A stretch of DNA of 64,000 nucleotides from an uncultured Sphingomonadales bacterium. GTDB lineage: Bacteria > Pseudomonadota > Alphaproteobacteria > Sphingomonadales > Sphingomonadaceae. The notes below the pieces were generated by a model, which made no database searches, was not told the DNA's origin, and saw nothing but the letters and a program-made list of their open reading frames with translations. This document shows positions 35,921 through 45,467 of this stretch, one piece after another (position 1 is the first letter of the stretch; every line of letters starts with the position of its first letter). The position numbers were made by a program, and so were the translations under genes. The stretch is from NCBI GenBank assembly GCA_964022135.1, contig CAXIBD010000009.1, forward strand, positions 491 through 64,490, read 5' to 3'.

Positions 35921-36565
35921 TCAGTCCGCTCTCACCCTTACCTTGGGTGCCGCAGCTCCACGCCGCATGTGGTTGAGAAAATCTTCTGCCGCAGCGGGCT
36001 TGGGAACAGGCCCTTCAGGCGCACCATCACGCTGCCAAAATTCAGCGTAGCTGGGAAATAGTTTATGGAAATTGCCTTCCGTCCAATCCGTGCCCGGCCA
36101 ACGCATTTTATTGTCACCGACGGGCGGCTTGTTGAGATCCGTCGCATACCAGTATAAAGGCAAACGCCGTGCGAAATACCAGCGCCCGGCCCGCTGAATG
36201 TAGTCATCAACATAGATCATTTGCATGATGATCCATTCATCTGGCCCATCTTTCACCGGTGTTTCGTGCTCATTCTTCGAATAGACAATACCATGCGCAT
36301 GGGTGTCATCGTCAAACTCGATAATATGGCCGCCAATATGGTGCGAGGTGCCCGTAAAGGGAGAGCGCAAGGTTCGGTCCATATAGTCCCGCAAAGCCTC
36401 CCGGCCGCTCGCCTCTTTGCCAACGCGCACATCATCGGGAAACAGGCATACCATCGCATCCATATCTCGCATATCCAATGACAAGGCATATTTCGCAGGT
36501 AGTTGCCGGATCTCATCGAGCGCTTCCAGGCGAGCTATTCTCTGGCCCAAAGATCGATCCGTCAT
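35921..36565 (-). CDS. NTF2-like (SnoaL_4-type) protein, long form
   Basis: 214 aa. IARLEALDEIRQLPAKYALSLDMRDMDAMVCLF is the typical SnoaL_4 N-terminus. Confidence 0.65.
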   Translation of the reverse strand: MTDRSLGQRIARLEALDEIRQLPAKYALSLDMRDMDAMVCLFPDDVRVGKEASGREALRDYMDRTLRSPFTGTSHHIGGHIIEFDDDTHAHGIVYSKNEHETPVKDGPDEWIIMQMIYVDDYIQRAGRWYFARRLPLYWYATDLNKPPVGDNKMRWPGTDWTEGNFHKLFPSYAEFWQRDGAPEGPVPKPAAAEDFLNHMRRGAAAPKVRVRAD

Positions 36566-36647
36566 ATCTTGCCTCCTTTTATTTTCATAGATTTATTGCC
36601 ATATCATTTACGCAATTGCAATTTTCAATTGCATTAAAATGTTCAAC

Positions 36648-36677
36648 TGCGTATTAAAAATTCAATTAAATTACGTA
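36648..36677. promoter_or_regulatory. dyad operator copy D
   Basis: TGCGTATTAAAAATTCAATTAAATTACGTA, ending 17 nt before the start codon of the TonB-dependent receptor gene. Confidence 0.6.
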
Positions 36678-36693
36678 TCAGGAGAGAGCAAGA

Positions 36694-39054
36694 ATGGTTT
36701 CCATGTTGAAGAACAGCGTCGCTTTGGGCGCAATTGCAGCGAGTTTTATCGCCACACCAGCTTTTGGGCAACAGTCCGAGAATAGCATCAGCGAAGCTTC
36801 CGACTCGAACATCATCATTGTGACCGCTCAAAAACGTGAAGAAAATATACAAGAGGTACCGATAGCAATTTCAGCCGTCGGCAAGGACTATCTGAAGTCT
36901 CGCGATATTACCTCGATCAGCGATCTCGGCACGCTCGCTCCCAACGTGAAATTTGAAAATGCGCCCGGTAGCGCGACCACGGCGCAAGTCTCTATTCGCG
37001 GGTCGGTCACGATCAATCCGGCAATCACATGGGAGCCAGCAGTCGGTATCTATCTGGACGGTGTTTATATTGCCAAAAATACAGGCGCGATATTCGACGT
37101 CGCCGATCTGGAACGTGTAGAAATATTGCGCGGGCCCCAAGGCACTTTATATGGCCGGAACACGCTCGCAGGCGCAATCAACCTAGTGACGGCGAAACCA
37201 ACAGGCGAATTGTCCGGTTCAGCTGAAATGACTTATGGAAACTATGACTACCGTCGCGGGAAAGCGGTACTGAATCTGCCAGCCATCGGCCCGTTTTCCG
37301 TCAAGTTATCGGGACAAGTTGCCCAGCGCGACGGATTTTTCGACGTTGTTGCCAATCCTTTTCCGACGGCAGGCTTTTTTGCCAACCCGCCGCAAGTCGG
37401 GGAAGCACATTCGCTCGATAACAAAAGTTTCATGGCTCAAGTGCGCTTTGAGCCGACCGATACTCTGACTTTCGATTACAGCTATGACTATAGCAAATAT
37501 GATCAGACCCCGCTTCCCGGCCAATTGCTGCGGGTCAATCGCAATGGCGGTCCGGCGGATATTTTCGATCCAGCCAGCCCGAGCTTTGTGGGAGTGCCTT
37601 TGGGACTGTTCGCCAATCAGGACAGGCAGGAACAGCTGAGTCTAGACGCCAATATTTTCGAGCGGACGCGTACCTATGGCCATGCACTTACCGCAACACT
37701 CGATCTGGGGGCTGCCGAACTGAAGTCCGTGAGCGCTTATCGCGACGTGAAATTCGAAGACCGGCTTGATCTTGATGGCTCACCTATCTCTATTGCGACA
37801 ACCGCACGCTTCACCGATATGAACAGCTTCAGCCAGGAACTTCAGCTTGCCGGGGCAGCATGGGATGACCGGGTCAAATATGTTTTCGGCGGCTTCTATT
37901 ACAACGAGACTGCCACTACCAGCAACCCGCAGCTGTTTTTCGGTGCTTTTGGTCCGTTCGGCAACCAGTTCGATTCGCGCTATGGTTCAAAAACCGAAGC
38001 CTGGGCAGTTTATGGTCAAGTTGACTTTGATATAACCGAAGAACTGACCCTTTCGCTCGGTGGTCGATATACCGAAGAAACAAAGAGAATCAGCCGGTTT
38101 CTGCAGATTTTGACCGATCCGATGATTCCTGCTGCCGCGTTACCATTTACGGTGGCCGATATTAGATACGGTGATTTACCAGATGCGAAATATGATGATT
38201 TCAGCCCATCAGCGACGCTGGCCTATCAAATCAATCCCGACCTCAACGTCTATGCGCGCTTTGCCAAAGGCTTTAAATCGGGTGGCTTTAACGGGGAGAC
38301 CAACCAGTTTGTAGCACCAACAGCAGATTGCCCGACCGGCACACCGGAATTGTGCAACCCTTACCGGCCCGAAAAAGTGAACAGCTATGAAGTCGGAGTC
38401 AAAAGCGTGATGGCCGATGGAGCACTAACCCTGAATGTTTCTGCATTTTATGACGACCATAAGGACATTCAGCTATCGGTATTCGATGCTACTGGTGCCG
38501 CTGCCTCGACCGTTCTGAATGCTGCATCGGCTACGATCAAAGGAGTGGAGATTGAAACTGTAATTCGGCCGGCCGACTGGCTGACTATCAATGGTTCCTT
38601 CGCTTATCTCGACGCCGAATATGAAAGTTTCGTCGAAAAAGGTGTCGATGTTTCCGACAACCGTGCCTTCCCACAAACACCTAAGTATACGGCGTCCCTG
38701 GGAGTCGACTGGCGTGTCGCAGAAGGTGACTGGGGACGTTTCAACATGCTGGGCGACCTCAGCATGGTGTCGAAATATCATACCTACCCCTATCAGCTGC
38801 GCCCGACTGACCCAACTTCCCAACTCGCCGGTGATTCCCAATCGCCAGGACGGGTTATTCTCAATATCCGCGCAGCCGTATCTGATATTGATCTGGGTGC
38901 TGCCCAGTTCAAGCTGAGCGCTTGGGTCCGCAACGTAACCGGCGAAGATGCGCCAAACAACTTCATCGACTTCGGCCCGGCCTTTGGTGGCCTGCTGCTC
39001 GGATATTTCCCTGAGCCCCGCACTTACGGTCTGACCCTCGGCGCAGAATTTTAG
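36694..39054 (+). CDS. TonB-dependent receptor (embedded in the steroid cluster)
   Basis: 786 aa. Signal peptide, plug block IIIVTAQKREENIQEVPIAISAVGKD, terminal ..LGAEF. Confidence 0.9.
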   Translation: MVSMLKNSVALGAIAASFIATPAFGQQSENSISEASDSNIIIVTAQKREENIQEVPIAISAVGKDYLKSRDITSISDLGTLAPNVKFENAPGSATTAQVSIRGSVTINPAITWEPAVGIYLDGVYIAKNTGAIFDVADLERVEILRGPQGTLYGRNTLAGAINLVTAKPTGELSGSAEMTYGNYDYRRGKAVLNLPAIGPFSVKLSGQVAQRDGFFDVVANPFPTAGFFANPPQVGEAHSLDNKSFMAQVRFEPTDTLTFDYSYDYSKYDQTPLPGQLLRVNRNGGPADIFDPASPSFVGVPLGLFANQDRQEQLSLDANIFERTRTYGHALTATLDLGAAELKSVSAYRDVKFEDRLDLDGSPISIATTARFTDMNSFSQELQLAGAAWDDRVKYVFGGFYYNETATTSNPQLFFGAFGPFGNQFDSRYGSKTEAWAVYGQVDFDITEELTLSLGGRYTEETKRISRFLQILTDPMIPAAALPFTVADIRYGDLPDAKYDDFSPSATLAYQINPDLNVYARFAKGFKSGGFNGETNQFVAPTADCPTGTPELCNPYRPEKVNSYEVGVKSVMADGALTLNVSAFYDDHKDIQLSVFDATGAAASTVLNAASATIKGVEIETVIRPADWLTINGSFAYLDAEYESFVEKGVDVSDNRAFPQTPKYTASLGVDWRVAEGDWGRFNMLGDLSMVSKYHTYPYQLRPTDPTSQLAGDSQSPGRVILNIRAAVSDIDLGAAQFKLSAWVRNVTGEDAPNNFIDFGPAFGGLLLGYFPEPRTYGLTLGAEF

Positions 39055-39525
39055 GTGACTATGACGGCAGACGATTATTTTGCGATCCAGCGGCTTATCA
39101 ACATCTACTTCGCCCATGTGGACGGCGCAGATTTTGAGGCCGCTGGAGCTTTATTCAGTCGCGCAGAGATGATTTATCCGACATCCAACCGGCGGATAGA
39201 ATATGACGGGAAAGCGGTTGCCGAATTGATGCGCAGCTTTGTCAGATTACACGGCGAAGGCGACCGTACCCTGACGCGTCACCACAGCGGAAACATCATC
39301 ATCGAACCCGATGGCGAGAATCAAGCAAAGACCAGTTGCAGCGCGATAATCTTTCAAGCGACGAGCAATTTCCCGCTGCAAGCCATCGCCGAAGCCAGCT
39401 ATACTGATCGCTTCGCATGCAAAGACGGAGAATGGCATTTCACCCGGCGCGAGATGCAAATGACGCTAACCGGTGATTTGAGCCAGCATTTGAAACGGCC
39501 TGCAAAGGCTCGCTTTTCAGGCTAG
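39055..39525 (+). CDS. NTF2-like (SnoaL_4-type) protein
   Basis: GTG at 39055 directly abuts the receptor stop codon (alternative ATG 39061). DYFAIQRLINIYFAHVDGADFEAAGALF. Confidence 0.65.
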   Translation: MTMTADDYFAIQRLINIYFAHVDGADFEAAGALFSRAEMIYPTSNRRIEYDGKAVAELMRSFVRLHGEGDRTLTRHHSGNIIIEPDGENQAKTSCSAIIFQATSNFPLQAIAEASYTDRFACKDGEWHFTRREMQMTLTGDLSQHLKRPAKARFSG

Positions 39526-40016
39526 GCACCAAAGGCGCCTCGCATCTCGCCCATGACGGTTACTAAGGGCTTCCCGGAATCATCCACCCGATGAACCAAC
39601 GCGCTGGTCCGACGAGAGCGGGTTTCTGATATCCACCATTTTCCCGTACCGTCTTTGTGAAAGACATCATCATATTCCACACCCATCTGGGTCAGCGTGC
39701 GCGCTTGGAGATTGATATTGTGGAATAGCAATGACCATTGGCCAGTCGCTCGATTCTCATTTTCAAAACACACCACGCCATTAGCGCCGTGATGAATATC
39801 GAAAATGCCCGGCACGCAGGCAATTTGCTGATAGATTTCAATAAATGGTTCGCGCGACTCGAACCGGGGAAAACCATCAAATTCGATCAGGGCCTGTTCG
39901 GTAAAACAACCGCGCATGGTCTCAATATCCTTGCCATCCGCCCGTAAATAGCGCGCTTTCAAGTCCCGTACTGCGCGATCGTCTTCCAAAGCCTGAATAC
40001 GGTTTTCGAGATCCAC
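39522..40016 (-). CDS. NTF2-like (SnoaL_4-type) protein
   Basis: IQALEDDRAVRDLKARYLRADGKDIETMRGCF; its stop codon shares the CTAG at 39522-25 with the convergent gene. Confidence 0.65.
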   Translation of the reverse strand: MDLENRIQALEDDRAVRDLKARYLRADGKDIETMRGCFTEQALIEFDGFPRFESREPFIEIYQQIACVPGIFDIHHGANGVVCFENENRATGQWSLLFHNINLQARTLTQMGVEYDDVFHKDGTGKWWISETRSRRTSALVHRVDDSGKPLVTVMGEMRGAFGA

Positions 40017-40029
40017 TGACTTTCTCCTT

Positions 40030-40059
40030 TGCGTAATCTATGAACATATATATTACGCA
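40030..40059. promoter_or_regulatory. dyad operator copy E (perfect 9-bp arms)
   Basis: TGCGTAATCTATGAACATATATATTACGCA. With flanking bases, TTGCGTAAT / ATTACGCAA are exact reverse complements. Divergent promoter region between the NTF2 gene (39522..40016) and the SDR gene (40083). Confidence 0.7.
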
Positions 40060-40082
40060 AATCAACCAGCAAGGAGAGTTCG

Positions 40083-40823
40083 ATGGCGTTAGAAGGCAAA
40101 CATATCCTAGTGACCGGAGCCGCATCAGGCATCGGTCGAGCGACCGCTTTGCGACTTGCAGAGGATGGAGCGACGCTTACGCTGGCCGACATTAATCAGG
40201 GCGGGCTAACAGAAACGACTTCGATGATTTCTGCACCAACCGAGATTATCGCGTATGATGCTACGGACATCGAATCCTGTCAGTCAATGATGGCAGCAGC
40301 AACAACAAATGGTCTGGATTGCCTGTGTAATATTGCCGGCCTGCTGGACTGGGGTCCGACGCTGGATTTTGACGAAGCGCGCTTCCAGCGCGTGATCGCC
40401 ATCAACTTAACCAGCGTCTACAGTTTATGCCGGGCGGCTCTCCCGGATCTTATCAAAAGCGGCGGCAATATCGTCAACATGGCATCGACTGCGGGATTGC
40501 TCGGCACACCCTATTCCATCGCCTATTCTGCATCGAAGCACGGCATCGTTGGCCTCACCAAAAGTCTGGCGGTCGAATTTGCATCCCGGAACGTACGTGT
40601 AAACGCTGTCGCACCCGGACAGGTGAATACACCAATGGCACATCAGGCGCCGCCCGAAGGCGACGTTGACTGGCCGTTGATGATGCGCAATGCGCCCAAA
40701 CTTCCCGACGGTATCTGTGAACCAGCTGATATTGCAGAAATAGTGGCCTATCTTGCCTCGGACAAAGCGAGCAAGATAACCGGGAGTGTGATCAATATTG
40801 ACGGCGGACAGCTCACAGGCTGA
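40083..40823 (+). CDS. SDR family oxidoreductase
   Basis: HILVTGAASGIGRATALRL; YSASK. Confidence 0.8.
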   Translation: MALEGKHILVTGAASGIGRATALRLAEDGATLTLADINQGGLTETTSMISAPTEIIAYDATDIESCQSMMAAATTNGLDCLCNIAGLLDWGPTLDFDEARFQRVIAINLTSVYSLCRAALPDLIKSGGNIVNMASTAGLLGTPYSIAYSASKHGIVGLTKSLAVEFASRNVRVNAVAPGQVNTPMAHQAPPEGDVDWPLMMRNAPKLPDGICEPADIAEIVAYLASDKASKITGSVINIDGGQLTG

Positions 40824-41268
40824 GCAATTTCTGCGCGCGTTCATCACCGGTCAGCGGCCGGTTCTCCCGGTGCTGGACGCGCCAGCCATCAGCGGTGCGG
40901 ACAAGTTGCCAGCGGTTTGCCGACACCCGCCACGCCTGATGGCTGTCGCCCATATTCAAGAACACGACGCTATGGTTGGTGGCAGTAGCCTTATCGCCAT
41001 CCAGACTGATATGCGGTGATGTCAGGATATGGCCACAGCCCTGCTGCATAAGATTCTGATGCCTGTCCGAATCAATTAGCATCGCGATCTGCTGACTCCC
41101 CTTTGCTTCACCAAAGTCACCGACACCATAGCTGCCGCCTTCCGTCCACAAAGCCGCGATACCCTTGGCGTCGCCAGCATCCGCCAAGGGTCCGTAGCTG
41201 GCTATCAGATTGCGTATAGCTTCGCCATCTTCCAAGCGCTGGATACGGTCGTGATCAGACTGCTCCAT
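40813..41268 (-). CDS. NTF2-like (SnoaL_4-type) protein, overlapping the upstream flavoprotein gene
   Basis: ORF to 41298, start preferred at ATG 41268 ([30 protein letters not shown]). 14-nt overlap with the 41255..42721 gene. Confidence 0.6.
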   Translation of the reverse strand: MEQSDHDRIQRLEDGEAIRNLIASYGPLADAGDAKGIAALWTEGGSYGVGDFGEAKGSQQIAMLIDSDRHQNLMQQGCGHILTSPHISLDGDKATATNHSVVFLNMGDSHQAWRVSANRWQLVRTADGWRVQHRENRPLTGDERAQKLLSL

Positions 41269-42721
41269 GAGCTGCCTTCCGGCCAGCTTGACGTCCAAAG
41301 AATGTGCAGTCAGCCAAACTCAATCCCGAGCTATAACCATGGCCCCAGGCAGGAAGCCCGGACGTACAACGCCCGGCGGCGTACAAACCGGGAATCGGTT
41401 CCCCGGTGCGGTCCAGCACCTCGCCGTCAGCGGAAGTTTTCAGCCCGCCGAGCGTGAAAAAACTGAAATAGCTGGTTTCAAAATTCAATTCGAGCGCAAT
41501 GAAGGGGCCCTGATCGAGCGGCTGGAGAATTGGCTCTTGTTTACCGAAGAGAGGATCCTGCCCTCTGGACGCATGATCATTGTAGAACTTCATCGTGGCA
41601 GCGAGCGTCCCTTCCGGCATTTCCAGTTCACGCTCGACTTCTTCCCAGTCTTCTCCTGTTCCAGCGATAGACATCCGGGCATGCTCAAAGGGCTCTATAT
41701 AATGTGCACTGTCCAACAGCAGGTAAACGCGGTCACCCGGCTGGTCGATCATCGATCGCGAAACCCGACCATGATAGCAGTCTTCATTGATGAAACGCTG
41801 TCCATTGATATTGACGAACACACCGTTCGCATGCGGCTCCGGAAGAGTCCAAGGACAGGTGGTGAAAAATTGATCCATGTGAATGGCGTCGCCGCCCGCA
41901 CTGACACCCAGATTGATGCCTGAACCATCGTCTTTGTCACCAATGGGGTCACTAATTTTGAACGTGAGGGGGCAGTATTTGCGGCGCATCTCTTCGTTCA
42001 TCACAAAGCCGCCGGTCGCGAGAATGACGCCCTTGCTTGCCCGGACAAAGCGATACTGATTATCGATCCGCATCACCGCGCCAACAATCTTGCCAGCATC
42101 TTCCACTAGCGCGACAGCGCGCGCGTCGACTTCGATCTGCGTGCCCAAATCGCGTGCGCGCTGTTCGAGAATATCCACCAGCTTACGCCCCCCTCCCCAT
42201 CCCATGAACTGGATGACATGGCCGCGCGGCGCAGGCTCGGCGAAATCGCTAAACGGTTTGGCCGCTTCGCTTCCGGACCAGATGAGCGTGTCGTCTTCCA
42301 TTGGCTCGATATGCTTTCCAGGTAGAAAATTGCCCTTATAGGGCACACCCTGCCGCTTCAGCCATTCCCAGTGGGCAAGTGCTTTCTGCCCATATATTTC
42401 GCATTTCGCCTCATCCACACAAGGACCACCGGCCATTTTCAGATAGGTTGTGAATGCTTCGGTGCTGTCATTGAAACCGGCTGCCTGCTGAACCTCGGTT
42501 CCTCCATTGCCGCCGATATAAATCTCGCCGCCGGAAAGTCCCGAGGCACCGCCACTGCCCGAATTACGTTCGAACAATATAACGTCCGCACCGGCCGCAC
42601 GTGCCTCAATGGACGCGCAGGCACCTGTTGCGCCAAAACCGATTACCGCAACATCTGTCTCGAAATCCCACTGCGGAACATCGGCAATCGGGAACGGGCG
42701 ATGAAGCGATGGCCCACTCAT
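41255..42721 (-). CDS. FAD-dependent dehydrogenase of the KstD / TesI (3-ketosteroid dehydrogenase, fumarate-reductase-like) family
   Basis: [46 protein letters not shown]; 488 aa. Confidence 0.7.
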   Translation of the reverse strand: MSGPSLHRPFPIADVPQWDFETDVAVIGFGATGACASIEARAAGADVILFERNSGSGGASGLSGGEIYIGGNGGTEVQQAAGFNDSTEAFTTYLKMAGGPCVDEAKCEIYGQKALAHWEWLKRQGVPYKGNFLPGKHIEPMEDDTLIWSGSEAAKPFSDFAEPAPRGHVIQFMGWGGGRKLVDILEQRARDLGTQIEVDARAVALVEDAGKIVGAVMRIDNQYRFVRASKGVILATGGFVMNEEMRRKYCPLTFKISDPIGDKDDGSGINLGVSAGGDAIHMDQFFTTCPWTLPEPHANGVFVNINGQRFINEDCYHGRVSRSMIDQPGDRVYLLLDSAHYIEPFEHARMSIAGTGEDWEEVERELEMPEGTLAATMKFYNDHASRGQDPLFGKQEPILQPLDQGPFIALELNFETSYFSFFTLGGLKTSADGEVLDRTGEPIPGLYAAGRCTSGLPAWGHGYSSGLSLADCTFFGRQAGRKAAHGAV

Positions 42722-43746
42722 CCCCGTGCTTTTACCATGTCCAGCGCAACATCAACGATCATGTCTTCCTGACCGCCGACCATTTTCCGGCGTCCGAGTT
42801 CGACCAGGATATCGCGGGTGTCGAGGCCGTAATCCTTTGCGGCTTTTTCTGCATGAAGCAAAAAGCTCGAATAGACTCCTGCATAGCCGAGCGCCAAAGT
42901 TTCACGGTCCACCCGCACAGGCCGGACCTGCAGTGGACGCACGAGATCTTCTGCAGCATCCATCAGCGCCATGACATCGCAGCCGTGGTTCCAGCCTTTA
43001 CGGTCGGCGGCGGCAATAAAGACTTCCAGCGGTGCGTTGCCTGCTCCAGCGCCCATCCCGGAAAGACTGGCGTCGATGCGCACGGCACCTTCCTGGGCAG
43101 CAACAATGCTGTTCGCGACGCTGAGAGCGAGATTGTGATGGGCATGTATGCCGCGCTCGGTTTCTGGCTTCAGGACCTTGTCATAGGCCCGCAGTCTATC
43201 GCGAACTCCATCCATATCCAGCGCCCCACCGCTGTCGGTCACATAGACGCATTGCGCGCCATAGCTTTCCATCAGCAGCGCCTGTTGCGCCAACAGATCC
43301 GCTTCGATCATATGACTCATCATCAGGAAACCGGAGACATCCATGCCCAGATCTCGGGCAATACCGATATGCTGCTTCGAAACATCCGCTTCGGTGCAAT
43401 GGGTGGCAACGCGAACCGAACGGACGCCAAGATCATATGCGCGGCGCAGATCTTCTTCGGTGCCTACACCAGGCAGAATGAGTGTTGTCAGGACAGATTT
43501 TTTCAAAACATCCGCAACCGCTGCCAGCCACTCCCAATCGGTGTGCGCACCAAAACCATAGTTGAAACTGGCTCCGCTCAGGCCGTCGCCATGCGCGACT
43601 TCGATCGCATCCACGCCGGCATCATCGAGTGCCTTGGCAATATCACGAACGTGATCAATGCCGTACATGTGCCGGATCGCGTGCATGCCGTCCCGCAGCG
43701 TTACATCCTGAATATATAGTTTTTGCGTTTCTACATCAAAGCTCAT
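42718..43746 (-). CDS. dmpG: 4-hydroxy-2-oxovalerate (4-hydroxy-2-oxohexanoate) aldolase, DmpG/HsaF/TesG family
   Basis: [20 protein letters not shown]-terminus; 342 aa; overlaps the partner dehydrogenase gene by 4 nt. Confidence 0.9.
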   Translation of the reverse strand: MSFDVETQKLYIQDVTLRDGMHAIRHMYGIDHVRDIAKALDDAGVDAIEVAHGDGLSGASFNYGFGAHTDWEWLAAVADVLKKSVLTTLILPGVGTEEDLRRAYDLGVRSVRVATHCTEADVSKQHIGIARDLGMDVSGFLMMSHMIEADLLAQQALLMESYGAQCVYVTDSGGALDMDGVRDRLRAYDKVLKPETERGIHAHHNLALSVANSIVAAQEGAVRIDASLSGMGAGAGNAPLEVFIAAADRKGWNHGCDVMALMDAAEDLVRPLQVRPVRVDRETLALGYAGVYSSFLLHAEKAAKDYGLDTRDILVELGRRKMVGGQEDMIVDVALDMVKARG

Positions 43747-44672
43747 GCCGCCATCCTCCGTTCCGCAAGCAATTCGCCGGTCGCTTTGGCAGCTGCAGTC
43801 ATGATGTCGAGATTGCCGGAATAGGACGGCAGATAGTCACCGGCGCCTTCCACCTCTAGGAAAATCGATGTTTTGATGCCGGTAAACTTGCCCTGTCCCG
43901 GAATGGTCAGCGGATTATTGTCACCGAACCGTTCGAACTGCACTTGCTGCTTCAATCGATATCCCGGCACATATTTCTGCACTTTGGCAACCATTGCTTC
44001 AACCGAGGCCCTGATGGTTTCTTCATTGGCACCTTCTGACAAAGTAAAAACAGTGTCGCGCATGATCATCGGCGGCTCTGCAGGGTTCAGGATGATGATC
44101 GCCTTGCCCTTGGTTGCACCACCAACGACCTCGATCGCCCTAGCAGTTGTGCGCGTAAATTCATCTATATTGGCCCGCGTCCCCGGACCAGCCGATCGGG
44201 AGGAGACAGACGCAATAATTTCCGCGTAATGGACTTTACCAACCTGGCTAACGGCAGCCACCATCGGAATGGTCGCCTGTCCGCCGCAAGTAACCATGTT
44301 GACATTGGGCTCTGCAAGATGCTCGTCCATATTCACGGTCGGTACCGTAAACGGTCCGATCGCGGCAGGAGTAAGATCGACGACCTGTATGCCATCCGCC
44401 CGTAGCGCTTCGTCATGAATTTTATGAGCGTAAGCCGATGTCGCATCAAAGGCGATACCTATATCTTTGTAGCAATCGAGCTTTTTCAGGCCCTTGATAC
44501 CTTCATGCGTGGTTGCGATCCCGTGCTCACGGGCCATCGCAAGGCCTTCGCTGTTTGCGTCTATTCCGACAACCGCAGCAAGTTCCATATTTTGCGGATA
44601 TTTGATCATTTTCATCATCAGGTCAGTACCGATATTACCCGAACCGATAATGACAGCTTTGATTTTCTGCAT
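43743..44672 (-). CDS. dmpF: acetaldehyde/propanal dehydrogenase (acylating), DmpF/HsaG/TesF family
   Basis: [20 protein letters not shown]; 309 aa; coupled to the aldolase gene. Confidence 0.9.
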   Translation of the reverse strand: MQKIKAVIIGSGNIGTDLMMKMIKYPQNMELAAVVGIDANSEGLAMAREHGIATTHEGIKGLKKLDCYKDIGIAFDATSAYAHKIHDEALRADGIQVVDLTPAAIGPFTVPTVNMDEHLAEPNVNMVTCGGQATIPMVAAVSQVGKVHYAEIIASVSSRSAGPGTRANIDEFTRTTARAIEVVGGATKGKAIIILNPAEPPMIMRDTVFTLSEGANEETIRASVEAMVAKVQKYVPGYRLKQQVQFERFGDNNPLTIPGQGKFTGIKTSIFLEVEGAGDYLPSYSGNLDIMTAAAKATGELLAERRMAA

Positions 44673-44690
44673 CAGAATTCTCCTACATGT

Positions 44691-45467
44691 TCAAACGAAA
44701 CGAGCGGTGCAGCCGCCGATTCCTTCGAGTATCATTTCAAAAACGTCTCCGGCTTTGGCCGGTTCGAGCGGCACCAGGCTGCCTGACAGGATAATGTTGC
44801 CAGCATCGAGGGTCACACCATGTGCGCCAAGTGTATTCGCGAGCCATGCCACGGCTTCGGCTGGATTGCCCTGCACCGCGGACCCCAGTCCCTCGGAAAG
44901 AACATTGCCGTTTTTGGTTACGGTGACCTTCAAATTCGGAAGATCATAGTCGCGCGGGTCGACCCGAGCATCTCCGACCACAAAAACGCCACAGCTTGCA
45001 TTGTCCGCCACGGTATCGACAATGCTGATTTTCCAATCATCAATCCGGCTATCTACAATTTCAAAGCATGGCGCGATACTCTCGGTCGCGGCCACAACCT
45101 GCTCGGCGGTGACGCCCGGACCATTCAGGCTGTCTTTCAGGATGAATGCGATTTCCGCTTCTGCACGCGGTTGTATCAGCCCTGTTTTCGCAACGTCAAT
45201 ATCCCCTTGGATATGCATCGCATCTGTTAGAAAACCGAAATCCGGCTGAAACACACCAAGCATGTCTTGCACAGCCTTGGAGGTAACACCAATCTTCTTG
45301 CCGACCACCGTCTCTCCATCCTTCAGCCGGCGATCAAGAAAATCGAGGGAAATCGCATAGGCATCATCGATACCGAGTTCCGGGTGATCGGAAACCAGCG
45401 GCGCAATTGTTCTATGCTCGCGAAGCGCGGAATAAAGCCGCGCACCATATTCCGGAATATCAATCAT
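44691..45467 (-). CDS. 2-keto-4-pentenoate / 2-hydroxyhexadienoate hydratase (HsaE/TesE family)
   Basis: 258 aa; FAH-fold hydratase pattern (GKKIGVTSKAVQ...EAEIAF...GSL); sits in the meta-cleavage context. Confidence 0.85.
   Translation of the reverse strand: MIDIPEYGARLYSALREHRTIAPLVSDHPELGIDDAYAISLDFLDRRLKDGETVVGKKIGVTSKAVQDMLGVFQPDFGFLTDAMHIQGDIDVAKTGLIQPRAEAEIAFILKDSLNGPGVTAEQVVAATESIAPCFEIVDSRIDDWKISIVDTVADNASCGVFVVGDARVDPRDYDLPNLKVTVTKNGNVLSEGLGSAVQGNPAEAVAWLANTLGAHGVTLDAGNIILSGSLVPLEPAKAGDVFEMILEGIGGCTARFV

Noticed and set aside
36607-36633. Orphan TTACGCAA half-site and the direct repeat CAATTGCA (36613-20 and 36626-33) upstream of the receptor gene
   Set aside because: No partner half-site lies 21 bp away, and the CAATTGCA pair occurs only here. 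I cannot separate it from chance in AT-rich DNA, though it could be a second regulator's site.
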